A DNA stretch of 53,438 nt, the filler included, from Jimgerdemannia flammicorona (Eukaryota), in assembly GCA_003990765.1 (NCBI GenBank). It is 3 parts of 3 records of this genome, joined end to end, with 100 filler letters (N's around TTAATTAATTAA, not from the genome) between each part and the next. Parts side by side here need not be neighbours in the genome. Positions count along the whole stretch, not along the records: positions 1 to 17,747 come from RBNJ01002425.1; positions 17,848 to 35,594 come from RBNJ01002426.1; 1 more part is not named here. One strand, given 5' to 3'. Under the pieces are notes generated by a model, which was not told the origin of the DNA, ran no database searches, and worked only from the letters and a program-made list of their open reading frames with translations. A program made the position numbers and the translations under genes. Below, piece by piece: positions 12,071 through 23,720 of this stretch; position 1 is the first letter of the stretch, and every line of letters starts with the position of its first letter.

Positions 12071-14134
12071 TATAAGAGGGTTACTTTTTTAGGGTAGCCG
12101 TTACATAGTTTTAGAAGGGTTTTCTGGAAGTTCTGAAAATTCTGGAAGACTGTTTTCTTATGGTCAAGATCAATTTCATATGGAGTACGTCCTCTATGCT
12201 TATTGATTTTAAGATCGGGTTGATGTCTCAACCAAAGTCCTTTTTCGGACTAGTTCTGGATATTTAGGAGTTTCCATATTTCAGGAAGTTCAAGAAACTA
12301 AGACTAGCTTAGTTGAATCGGCATATTGCTGCAGACAATACCCAATTAGGAAATTTCATGATGAGGTTAGGAGTGGGACCTAATGGAGTAGATTTACTTA
12401 AGAGTGGTTGTGGGTTATTTGAATGGGTATATTTGCTATTTATGATATTGTCATACTAGGAGTAGTTGTGTGAAGGGATATTGTGGAGAAATATTCAGGA
12501 ATGTTCTTGTGTGTTGTTCAAGTCTGAGATTCTGAGGTCTGGGGGAGGGGATATTTATACTAGTGAGGGGCTATCTGGACTATACTAGATATGGATGTAG
12601 CACTAAGTGCTTTGCTGAGTCAGAATACAGTCATGTAGTACAAGTGTGATCTGACATATCAAGAGATCATCTGACTGCTGAGTTAGTTCACAGTCATGTT
12701 GTATAAGGCTAATCTAACTATACTATGACTGCTAGGCTATTTATGAGTTTAGGTGCTGTCTGGGTAGTCCTCGATGACATCACCATTGATTGCATCATCT
12801 CTGATGAAGTAGTCATCTAGGAAGAGTGGTTCGTGGATTACTTCTCCTTGTTCGCTGAGGTAATAATATATTGGAACTTCATCTCCATCCTACAAGATGG
12901 CATCATCGGTCTCATATGCTAGGTAAGGTGTTGGTGGGTGAAGGAGGGGTGCATTATCTTCACCTTCATTGGATTTGCTGTCTGCATACCTTCTGTAGGT
13001 TACAGCACTATGAGTCGCGGGATTGTAATAAGCTGGCAGCTGTAGTTCATGTCACTTATACTCAGATGGTGGAGTGGTTGGTTCAATCTTGAGGGTTGTC
13101 TGGAGGTACAGGTTGTGTTCACTGATCTCTTCATTGTAGTTGAAGTAATCGGGGATGAATGTGGGTTGGTATTCATACCAGTGGTCATTGTCCCAATAAG
13201 TCTCATATGCTGTTATGAATTGTTGTAAATTCATTGGCAAGGTTGGCAGTGTGATCAGGGTTGGCAGAGATTCTTGGCTAGAGGTCATGTCGGTATCAGA
13301 GGGATCATTGTCTTCTACTTCGTCTTCATCAAAGTGGATTATATTGTAGATATCTTTCATGGCATATCCAACTTGGGGCATCTGCAGGATATGATCATTG
13401 GGGTGTGGGAAGGTTCTGTCTGTGGTTTCGATGTACTCGAGGTACTTGTGGTTGAGTTCTTGTATCATATCATTGATTTGGCCATAGGACAGGGTAGTAA
13501 CCATTTCAGCTGTAGTAACTTGGAGGTGGGGAATAATGGTGCTATACTTGTAGAAGAGTTCTTGATGTTTGCGGGCGATGAGCTTCTAGTATTGAGACAT
13601 CTGGATAATGTCTGTATCCTGGTGGTATTCAATCATGTCTTCCGGGAGGCGGCCGATCTGATAGTAGCTTGAGATTTGTCTGATTCGGTAGGCCTCACTA
13701 AGCATGTTCAGAGCATTCCATTGGGCTTCCATGAAGTAGAGGGGTACCAGGCTATGGATATTCATGAGGGGCAGAGGGGGTGTGGCTCCATTGATAATAG
13801 CATTCCAAATATCAGCATGAATATGGGTATAGATCTCAGTGGTCATGTTTGTGTGTTTGGAAGTTATAGTTATTGTTTGTTTTGGTTCTCTGATTCGATG
13901 CGTCTTGGTGCTCAGTATATATGCATTTGATCCTGATTGGTAAGATTCTGTTTGTGTAAATCTTATATTCTGTGACTTCATATTGACTCAGCTTTGTGCA
14001 CTATGACTTTGGTTTGACTCAGCTTCATGATCAAGCAGGTGATTTCCAGATTTATTCAGAGGTTGTATATGATTTCAGTGGCTTGTTCAGAGGGTGACAT
14101 GTAATTTCAGTGGCTTGGAGGTTGTGCACTTACA
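12071..14134 (-). repeat. GypA 3' LTR of copy 3 (2064 bp)
   Basis: Starts TGTAAG directly after the PPT and ends CTTATA (mutated CTTACA), where homology stops abruptly. Confidence 0.92.
12749..13981 (-). pseudogene. U3-encoded ORF, copy in the 3' LTR of copy 3
   Basis: 1233 nt in a single frame. ORF-track pieces are 13586-13981 and 13052-13504. Confidence 0.8.
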
Positions 14135-14148
14135 ACTCTCCCCTTCTT
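14135..14148 (-). other. Polypurine tract
   Basis: AAGAAGGGGAGAGT immediately precedes the LTR TGTAAG. Confidence 0.9.
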
Positions 14149-14346
14149 AGCTTTCGACGTCCTCATTGGGGCTTTCTAATTTTGTTCAGTAGTACAGGGA
14201 GAATAGGCTTGCTTTCAGTTTTGCTATTTTTTCAGAGGGTCAGTATTCTTATCTTGTTTTGCTGAGTTCTTGGTTTGGTTTGCAATAATTATAATGTCTA
14301 GGAGGATAATATATAATATGTACAGATAGGTGTGGAGTATTTGGTT

Positions 14347-17300
14347 CTAGTTGTTTAAGAAATTATATTCCTAAACTAGGTTGATAGCATTCTGGAGATT
14401 GGTCTTGGGTTCCCAGGTTGCATCGTGGATCAGGTAACCTTTCCATTTGACAAGGTACTCTGGGTGGTTCTTGTGGCCACATTTGTTGAGGATTTGTTCA
14501 ACTTTGTACTCTTCTTGATCATTAATAATAACAGGTGCAGGTGGTTTCATGGTTCAGTTAGGGAATAGTTCATCATCATTCTTATTGTATCACTTGAGAT
14601 GTTGGACATTGAAGACTGGGTGAATCTTAATAGTGTCTGGTAGTACCAATTTGTAGGAGGTTGGAGAGACTTGTGCAATGACTTCAAATGGTCCAATGAA
14701 CTTACTGTTCAGCTTTGTAGATGGTCTGTGCTTGAGGTTGTCAACTCGGTATCCTCTGATGTCCAGTAGAACTTTTTCTCCAATATCAAAGGTTTCTTCT
14801 CAGCAGTGTTGATTAACATACTGTGACTGTTGTTCTTGAGCTTGTAATAAATTCTCAATGGCAATCTGGCTTAGATTGCACATTCAAAGTAAGAATTCTT
14901 CAACAGCTTCAACTGTAGAGAGTTCTTCAGTTATTTAGATAAGTGTCAAAGGGGTGTTTGGGTTTTGTCCAGTATTGGCAAAGAATGGGTTCATTCTGAG
15001 AGAGGCTTGCTTGCTATTATTATAGGCAAACTCAACTGTAGTGAGGTATTCATGCCAATCATCTTGTCTGTAGGAAACATAGTTCCTTAGTATTTGTTCC
15101 AGAGTTTGGTTCATTCTTTCAGTTTGGCCATCAGTTTCTGGGTGAAAGGCTGTGGATAGTGTAAGTTTTATTCCAAGGTGTGTATAGAGGGCTTTCCAAA
15201 AATGGCTGGTGAATTTCAGGTCTCCATCACTAACGATGATCTTGAGAAGACCATGATAGTAGAAGATGTTGTCAAACAAGAGTATGGCTATGTCTGGTGC
15301 TGTTGCAGTAGTGGTAGTAGGTACAAAGTAGGCTTGTTTGCTGAGATAGTCCACAAAGACAACAATTGCATCTTTCCCATTCTTGGTTTGGGGTAGTTGT
15401 ATAATGAAGTCTATAGAGATTTGTTCCCAATTCACAGATGGTACTGGGATAGGGTGAAGTAAGCTGAGTTTTGCTAGTGTTGAGGACTTGTTTTGTTGGT
15501 AGACATCATAGGAAGTGATGTAGGTTTTGAGCTGATCTGCCATGCAGGGCCAATAGAAGTTTCAGGAGATAACTTTATAACATTTATCAAATCCTAAATG
15601 TCCAGCTATAGGGGCATCATGACATTCGAATAGGATAGTCCTTTGGAGGTCTCGGTTGTTTGGGACATACAGTCTGTCTTTGTAGTAGATAGCATTATCC
15701 TTCAGTTGGTATTGATGATACTATGTATGCTTATCAGTATTATCACTATTCAGGATTTCTCACAGTGCTTGAGCTTCCTTATCATCAGCACATGCTGTGA
15801 TAATTTATTCCATGATGGAGTTTGTAACCAAGGTGAGAGTTTGGATAACCTCTTCGATTGGTGGTCTGGAGATTGCATTGGCAATAATATTTTCCTTGCC
15901 AGGACAGTACTGGATTTTGTAGTCAAAGTTGGTGAGGACTTTCATCCATCTGGCTTGCTTTCGAGAAAGGGTAGCCTGTGTCTTGATATTGATTAATGAT
16001 TTGTGGTCAGTCAATATAGTAAGTGTACTCCTTCTAGATAGGGTTACCATTTGATCAGAGTATCTACGATGGCTAGCATTTCCTTCTCATGGGTTGCATA
16101 GTTAATTTTAGCATCATTGAACTTGCGGGAGTGATAGGCCACCAGGTGTCCTTCTTGCATGAGTACTGCTCCAAGGGTTAGATCAGAGGTGTCAGTGGTA
16201 ACTTCATATGGCAGTGTAGAGTTTGCTGCTTGAAGTACTAGAGTGGTTATTAGGGCATCCTTTAGTGCTTGAAAGACAGTATCTTGCTTAGGTCCTCAGG
16301 TTACAAGATTGTTGAAGTCTTTCTCTTATTTTATGGTCCAGGGTTGTTCTTGTTTCTTGCTATGTTTGGTCATTTGGGTGAAGGTGGTAGCAATTTTAGC
16401 AAAGTTGGCAATGAATTGTCTGTAATAGTTTGCTAATCCCAGGAATGACTGGAGGTCTTTCAGCTTCTTGGGTCTGGGCCAATCCTTGATTGCAGAGATT
16501 TTGCTAGAGTCCACTTTGATTTCATTTGGAGTGACAATGTATCCAAGGAATTGAATTTCTTTCAGAAGAAATTCGCACTTGCTGAGTTTTGCAAAGAGTC
16601 AGTTTTCTCAGAGTTTCAGTAGTACTAGTTCAAGATGTTCAAGATGTTCCTCTAGGGTTTTGCTGAAGACTAGGATGTCATCAATTAGACAATAATGAAT
16701 TTGTCCAGATATAGATGCAGAATGTTATTCATCAGTGTCTGGAAGGTTGCTAGAGCATTAGTTAAGCCAAAGGGCATAATCAGGAACTCAAAGTGTCTAT
16801 AGTGAGTTCAGAAAGCTGTCTTGTAGATGTCTTCTTCTTTCATAGCAATTTGCCAATAGCCATTTCATAGGTCAAAAGAGCTTATGAATTGTGGGTTGGT
16901 AAGTCTATCAAATATTTTATCGATCCTTGGTAGTGGGCAACAGTTCTTGATGGTCTGTTCATTGAGATTGCAGTAGTCAATACACATTCGCAGGTCTCCC
17001 CCTTTTTTGACAACAAAGAGGACCAGTGCACCATAGGGTGATATACTGGGTCTGATGAATCCTTATTCTAGGAGTTTATCAATTTCTTTCTTGAGTGCAT
17101 CAATTTCTCTTAGAGACATGTGGTAGATTGACTTGAAGGCTGGTTTGGCATCTGGAATAGTCTTGATGGCATGGTCTACCACTCATTTAGGAGGTAGGCC
17201 TTTTGGGAGTTTCTTTGGGAATATGTCTCGAAATTTCTAGAGTAGTGGTCTGACATAGCTGTCAACTTTGGAAAAATCTTCAGAGTTCTCAGGTTCTCCT

Positions 17301-17747
17301 TTTGATGGGCAGATGGAGATAGCAAAGAGAGGACATTTCTTGGCCAATTTCTTAAGTTGTAGCTTGTTGATGTAGGTGATCTTTGGTCCAGGGTCACCAG
17401 AATTAAGTGGGTCCTTTTTGCCTTGTAGTTTGAAGTTGTGGCATCCTTTCTTGATGGTCAGAGAATGGTTTACCCAATTGATCATGGAGTTCTCTTATTT
17501 TAACCATAGAGTCCCAAGGATGATTTCATTGTCAGGAAGTGATATGATTTGGAGGGTAACATGTACTCGGTAGTCACCAATTCGGAGGGGTAGATTGCAG
17601 ACTTCTTTGCTAATAATATGTGAGGTTCCATCAGCTGTAGCAACTGCTTGAGTTTGCTGTACTGGAGAGGTGAAGACCTTGAGTCTGTTGGCTATCTCTT
17701 CATTGATGAAGTTGCCTGAGGCACCACTATCTATTATAATCTTGACA
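14347..17747 (-). pseudogene. pol: pol remnant (PR, RT, RNase H, integrase, chromodomain)
   Basis: [45 protein letters not shown] and EYLVKWKGY...TWEPK motifs, with many stops. Confidence 0.9.
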
Positions 17748-17847
17748 NNNNNNNNNNNNNNNNNNNNNNNNNNNNNNNNNNNNNNNNNNNNTTAATTAAT
17801 TAANNNNNNNNNNNNNNNNNNNNNNNNNNNNNNNNNNNNNNNNNNNN
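17748..17847. other. Artificial contig linker
   Basis: 100 nt of N with central TTAATTAATTAA (stop codons in all six frames). Confidence 0.97.
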
Positions 17848-19513
17848 GTTGTGTGAAGGGTATTGTGGGGGAGTATTCAGGAATGTTCTTGTGTATTTGA
17901 GTCTGGGATTCTGAGGTCTGGGGGAGGGGGTATTTATACTAGTGAGGGGCTATCTGGACTATGCTAGATATGGATATAGCATTAAGTGCTTTGCTGAGTC
18001 AGAATGCAGTCACGTAGTACAAGTGTGATCTGACATATCAAGAGATCATCTGACTGCTGAGTCAGTTCACAGTCACGTCGTACAAGGCTAATCTAACTAT
18101 ACTATGACTGCTAGGCTATTTATGGGTTTAGGCACTGTCTGGATAGTCTTTGATGACATCACCATTGATTGCATCATCTCTGATGAAGTAGTCATCTAGG
18201 AATAATGGTTCACGGATTACTTCTCCTTGTTTGCTGAGGTAATAGTATATTGGAACTTTGTCTCCATCCCACAAGATGACATCATCAGTCTCATATGCTG
18301 GATAAGATGTTGGTGGGCGAAGGAGGGGTACATCATTTTCACTTTTGTCGGATTCACTGTCTGCATACCTTCTATAGGTTATGGCACTGTGAGTTGCAGG
18401 GTTATAGTATGCTGGCGGCTGTGGTTCATATCGCTCGTACTCTGGTGGTAGAGTGGTTGGTTCGATCTCAAGGGTTGTCTGGAGGTACAGATTGTGTTCT
18501 CTGGTCTCTTTATTGTAGTTGAAGTAATTGGGGGTGAATGCAGGTTGGTATTCGTGCCAGTGGTCATTGTTCCAATAAGTCTCATATGCAGTTATGAACT
18601 GTTGTAAGTTCATCGGCAAGGTTGGTGGTGTGACCAGGATTGGCAGAGATCCTTGGCTAGAGGTCATGTCGGTGTCTTAGGGATCATTGTCTTCTGCTTC
18701 ATTTTCATTGAAGTGGATTATATCGTAGATGTCCTTCATGGCATATTCAACTTGGGGCATTTGCAGGATGTGATCATTGGGGTGGGGGAAGGTTCTGTCT
18801 GTGGTTTCGATGTACTCAAGATACTTCTGGTTGAGTTCTTGTATCATTTCATCGATTTGGCCATAGGATAAGGTAGCAACCATTTTGCTGGTAGTAACTC
18901 AGAGGTGGGGAATAATGGTGCTATACTCATAGAAGAGTTCTCAATGTTTGCGGGTGATGAGCTTCTGGTGTTGAGACATCTGGATAATGTCTGTATCATA
19001 GTGGTATTTGACCATGTCTTCCAGGAGGCGGCCGATCTGGTAGTAGCTTGAAATTTGTCTGATTCGGTGGGTCTCACTAAGTATGTTCAGAGCATTCCAT
19101 CAGGCTTCCACGAAGTAGAGGGGTGCTAGGCTATGGATATTCATAAGGGGCAGAGGGGGTGTGGCTCGGTTGACAATGGCATTCCAAATGTCAGCACGGA
19201 TATGGTTGTAGATCTCGGTGGTCATGTTTGTGTGTTTGGAAGTTGTGGTTGTTGTTTGTTTTGGTTCTCTGATTCGACGTGTCTCGATGCTCGGTATATA
19301 TGCATTTAGTCCTGATTGGTAAGATTCTGTTTGTGTAAACCATGTATTCTGTAACTTCATATTGACTCAGCTTTGTGCGCTGTGACTTTGGTTTGACTCA
19401 GCTTTGTGATCGAGCAGGTGATTTCCAGATTTGTTCAGAGCTCGCGTGTGATTTCAGTGGCTTGTTCAGAGGGTGACGTGTAATTTCGGTGGCTTGGAGG
19501 TTGTGTGCTTACA
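17848..19513 (-). repeat. GypA 3' LTR of copy 4 (cut by the contig end)
   Basis: Starts TGTAAG at 19513 after the PPT and matches the 5' LTR. Confidence 0.92.
18128..19360 (-). pseudogene. U3-encoded ORF, copy in the 3' LTR of copy 4
   Basis: 1233 nt in one frame. The C-terminal 179 aa are open (18128-18667). Confidence 0.8.
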
Positions 19514-19527
19514 ACTCTCCCCTTCTT
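19514..19527 (-). other. Polypurine tract
   Basis: AAGAAGGGGAGAGT is adjacent to the 3' LTR. Confidence 0.9.
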
Positions 19528-19669
19528 AGGTTTTGACATCCTCATCGGGACCTTCTAATTTTGTTCTGCTGAGTTCTTGGTTTGGATTGCGATAATTATA
19601 ATGTTCAGGAGGATAATATATAGTGTGTACTGATAGGTACGGAGTATTTGGTTCTAGTTGTTCAAGGAA

Positions 19670-19825
19670 TCATATTCCTGAAATAGGTTGGTAGCATTCT
19701 GGAGATTGGTCTTTGGTTCCCAGGTTACATCGTGGATCGGGTAACCTTTCCATTTGACAAGGTACTCAGGGTGGCTCTTGTTGCCACATTTGTTGAGGAT
19801 TTGTTCAACTTTATACTCTTCTTGG
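19670..19825 (-). other. Integrase C-terminal chromodomain
   Basis: EEYKVEQILNK...EYLVKWKGYPIHDVTWEPKTNL. Confidence 0.85.
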
Positions 19826-22800
19826 TCATTAATGATGACAGGTGCAGGTGGTTTGGTGATCTGATTTGGAAATAGCTTGTTATCATTGTCATTATATCAC
19901 TTGAGACATTGAACATTAAAGACTGGGTGAATCTTAATGGTGTCCAGTAGTGCCAGTTTGTAGGAGGTTGGAGAGACTTGTGCAATGACTTCGAATGGTC
20001 CGATGAACTTGCTGTTCAGCTTTGTAGATGGTCTGTGCTTGAGGTTGTCAACTCATTATCCTCTGATGTCTAGTAGGACATTTTCTCCAATATCAAAAGT
20101 TTCTTCTCGGCAGTGTTGGTTAATATACTGTGATTGTTGTTCTTGAGCTCGTGATAAATTCTCGATGGCAATCTGGCTTAAATTGCACATTCGGAGTAAG
20201 AATTCTTCAACAGCTTCGACTGTGGAGGGTTCTTCAGTGGTTCGGATGAGTGTCAAAGGGGTGTTTGGATTTTGTCCAGTGTTGGCGAAGAATGGGGTCA
20301 TTCCAAGAGAGGCTTGCTTGCTATTGTTATAAGCAAACTCGACTGCAGTAAGGTATTCGTGCCAATCATCTTGTCTATAGGAAACATAGTTCCTTAGCAT
20401 TTGTTCCAGAGTTCAGTTCATTCTTTCAGTTTGGCCATCAGTTTCTGGGTGAAAGGCTGTGGATAGTGCAAGTTTTGTTCCAAGGTGTGCATGGAGGGCT
20501 TTCCAAAAGTAGCTGGTGAATTTCGGATCTCAGTCACTAATAATGATCTTAGGAAGACTATGATAGTGGAAGATGTTGTCAAACAAGAGTGTGGCTATGT
20601 CTGGTGCTGTTGTAGTAGTGGTAGTAGGCACAAAGTGGACTTGTTTGCTGAGATAGTCTATAAAGACAACAATTGCATCTTTCCCATTCTTGGTTCAGGG
20701 TAGTTGTACAATGAAGTCCATAGAGATTTGTTCCCAATTTGTGGATGGTACTGGGATAGAGTGGAGTAAGCTGGGTTTTGCTAGTGTTGAGGACTTGTTT
20801 CGTTGGCAGGCATCACAGGAAGTGATGTAGGTTTTGAGCTGATCTGCTATGCGGGGCCAATAGAAGTTCCAGGAGATAACTTCATAGCATTTGTCAAATC
20901 CTAAATGTCCAGCTGTAGGGGCATCATGACATTCGAATAGGATAGTCCTTCGGAGGTCTCGGTTGTTTGGAACATACAGTCTGTCCTTGTAGTAGATAGT
21001 CTTATCCTTGAGTTGGTATTGGTTGTACCAGGTATGCTTGTCAGCATCATCACTGTTCAGGATTTCTTGGAGTGCTTGAGCTTCCTTATCATCAATACAT
21101 GCTGCAATGATTTGTTCCATGATAGTGTTGGTAACCAAGGTCAGAGTTTGGATAACCTCTTCGATTGGTGGTCTGGAGATTGCATTGGCAACAATATTTT
21201 CTTTGCCAGAGTGATACTGGATTTCATAGTCAAAGTTAGTGAGGACTTTCATCCATCTGGCTTGCTTTCAGGAAAGGGTAGCCTGTGTCTTGATATTGAC
21301 TAATGACTTGTGGTCAGTCAATATAGTGAAGTGTGCTCCTTCTAGATATGGTCACCATTTGATCAGAGTGTCTATGATGGCTAGCATTTCCTTCTCATGA
21401 GTTGCATAGTTGATTTCAGCATCATTGAAATTGTGGGAGTGATAGGCCACAGGGTGTCCTTCTTGCATGAGCACTGCTCCAAGAGCTAGGTCAGAGGCAT
21501 CAGTAGTGACTTTATATGGTAGGGCAGGGTTTGCCGCTTGAAGTACTGGTGTGGTTATCAGGGCATCTTTTAGCGCTTGGAAGGCGGTATCTTGTTCGGG
21601 TCCCCAATTTACAAGATTGTTGAAGTCTTTCTCTTATTTCATGGTCCAGGGTTGTTCTTGTTTCTTGTTGTACTTGGTCATTTGAGTGAGGGCTGTAGCG
21701 ATTTTAGCAAAGTTGGCAACAAATCGCCTGTAATAGTTTGCTAATCCCAGGAATGACTGGAGGTCTTTCAGCTTCTTCGGTCTGGGCCAATCTTTGATTG
21801 CAGAGATTTTGCTGGGGTCTACTTTGATTCCATTCGGAGTGACAATGTGTCCAAGGAATTGAATTTCTTTCAGAAGAAATTCGCACTTGCTGAGTTTGCA
21901 AAAAGTCGGGTTTCTTGGAGTTTCAGTAGTACTAGTTCAAGGTGTTCAAGATTTTCCTCCAGGGTTTTGCTGAAGACTAGGATGTCATCAATGTAGACAA
22001 CAACAAATTTGTCCAGGTATGGGTGCAGAATAGTATTCATCAGTGTCTGGAAGGTTGCTGGGGCATTAGTTAAGCCAAAGGGCATAACTAGGAACTCAAA
22101 GTGTCCATAGCGAGTTTGGAAAGCTGTCTTGTAGATGTCTTCTTCTTTCATGGCAATTTGCCAGTAACTATTTCGCAGGTCAAAAGAGCTCATGAATTGT
22201 GGGTTGGTGAGTCTATTGAATATTTCATCAATCCTCAGTAGTGGGCAACAGTTCTTGATGGTCTGTTCATTGAGATCATGGTAGTCAATGCACATTCGCC
22301 GGTCTCCTCCTTTCTTGACAATGAAGAGGACTGGTGCACCATAGGGTAATACACTGGGTCTGATGAATCCTTATTCTAGGAGTTTGTCGATTTCCTTCTT
22401 GAGTGTATCAATTTCTCTTGGAGACATGTGGTAGATTGACTTGAAGGCTGGTTTGGCATCTGGGATAGTCTCGATGGCGTGGTCTACTGCTCGTTTGGGA
22501 GGTAGGCCTTTTGGGAGCTTCTTTGGGAATATATCTCAGAATTTCTGGAGTAGTGGTCTGACATGGCTGTCAACTTTGGAAAAATCTTCTTCAGAGTTCT
22601 CGGATTCTCCTTTGGATGGACGGATGGGGATGGCGAAGAGAGGGCATTTCTTGGCCAATTTCTTGAGTTGTAGCTTATTGATGTGGGTGATCTTTGGTCC
22701 AGGGTCACTAGAATTGAGTGAGTCCTTTTTGCCCTGTATTTTGAAGTTATGGCGTCCTTTCTTGATGGTCAGAGAATGGTTTACCCAATCAATCATGGGG

Positions 22801-23309
22801 TTCTCTTGTTTTAACCATGGAGTCCCAAGGATGATTTCATTGTCAGGAAGTGGTATGATTTGGAGGGTAACATGTACTCGGTAGTCGCTAATTCGGAAGG
22901 GTAGATTGCAGACTTCTTTGCTAATAACATGTGAGGTTCCATCAGCTGTAGCAACTGCTTGAGTTTGCTGTACTGGAGAGGTGAAGACCTTGAGTCTGTT
23001 GGCTGTCTCTTCATTGATGAAGTTGCCTGAGGCACTACTGTCTATCATAATCTTGACAGGTGCTCTGTTGACAAAAGCCTTAAGGGTGAGCAGTTTGTCT
23101 GATCCAATGGTGGTGATTTCAGTTGTAGGAGCCTTTCTTCTGTTGATTCTTCTTTGAGCCAGTTCATTGACACAAGAGAAGCAATTATCAATCATTCAGG
23201 AAGAGTACATTCCAATACCATGAGGGCATCGGCCACTTGGTACATATCCATCTTCGATCTTCTTGTAGAATTGTTCTTCTTTGCTCATGGTAGGTTGGGA
23301 TGGGGCTTT

Positions 23310-23720
23310 GTTTGATGAGCCAAATCCTTTAGATCCTCGGATGGTGGGTAGTAGTTCAGGGACTTCCTTGACTGTCAGGGTTGACTCGATCTTTTCAAAT
23401 AGGATCTGGGCAATGCAGAAACTAATAGGGATCTTGAAGGGTGTCCAACTGTGGTTTCGGATGAGGATAATAATTTCGCCTGTATAATCCTCGTCAATGA
23501 CTCCTCCTTCTACTGAGAGTCCTTTCAATGCTAGGCTACTGCGACAGCATATTCTTCCAACATGTCCTTCAGGGATTTGGATACTGATTCCTGTATAGAC
23601 ATGTTTGACTTCTCGGTTGGAAACTGTAGCTTCTTCGGCTGCATACAGGTCATATCCAGCTGCTTTTTGACTTTCTTTGGTTGGGGCCTTAGCAGTTTGT
23701 CTTATCTTGACAAAGTCTAG
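23310..23720 (-). pseudogene. dut: dUTPase domain between the Gag zinc knuckle and protease
   Basis: All five trimeric dUTPase motifs are present: AAGYDL, RSSLA, GGVIDEDYTGEI, IAQIL and RGSKGFGSS. Confidence 0.93.

Larger units (their letters stand above)
12071..17747 (-). mobile_element. GypA copy 3: PR-RT-RH-IN-chromodomain, PPT and complete 3' LTR; 5' part lost at the contig end
   Basis: Colinear with copy 4. IDSGA lies at about 17720-17735 and the integrase core at 14935-15543. Confidence 0.92.

Noticed and set aside
17792..17803. TTAATTAATTAA motif in the N-runs (also 35639-35650)
   Set aside because: It is a synthetic six-frame stop spacer and not biological.
23310..23720. Idea that the dUTPase counters the observed C>T erosion
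   Set aside because: dUTPase limits dUTP misincorporation during DNA synthesis. It does not prevent deamination of cytosine or 5mC already in chromosomal DNA.
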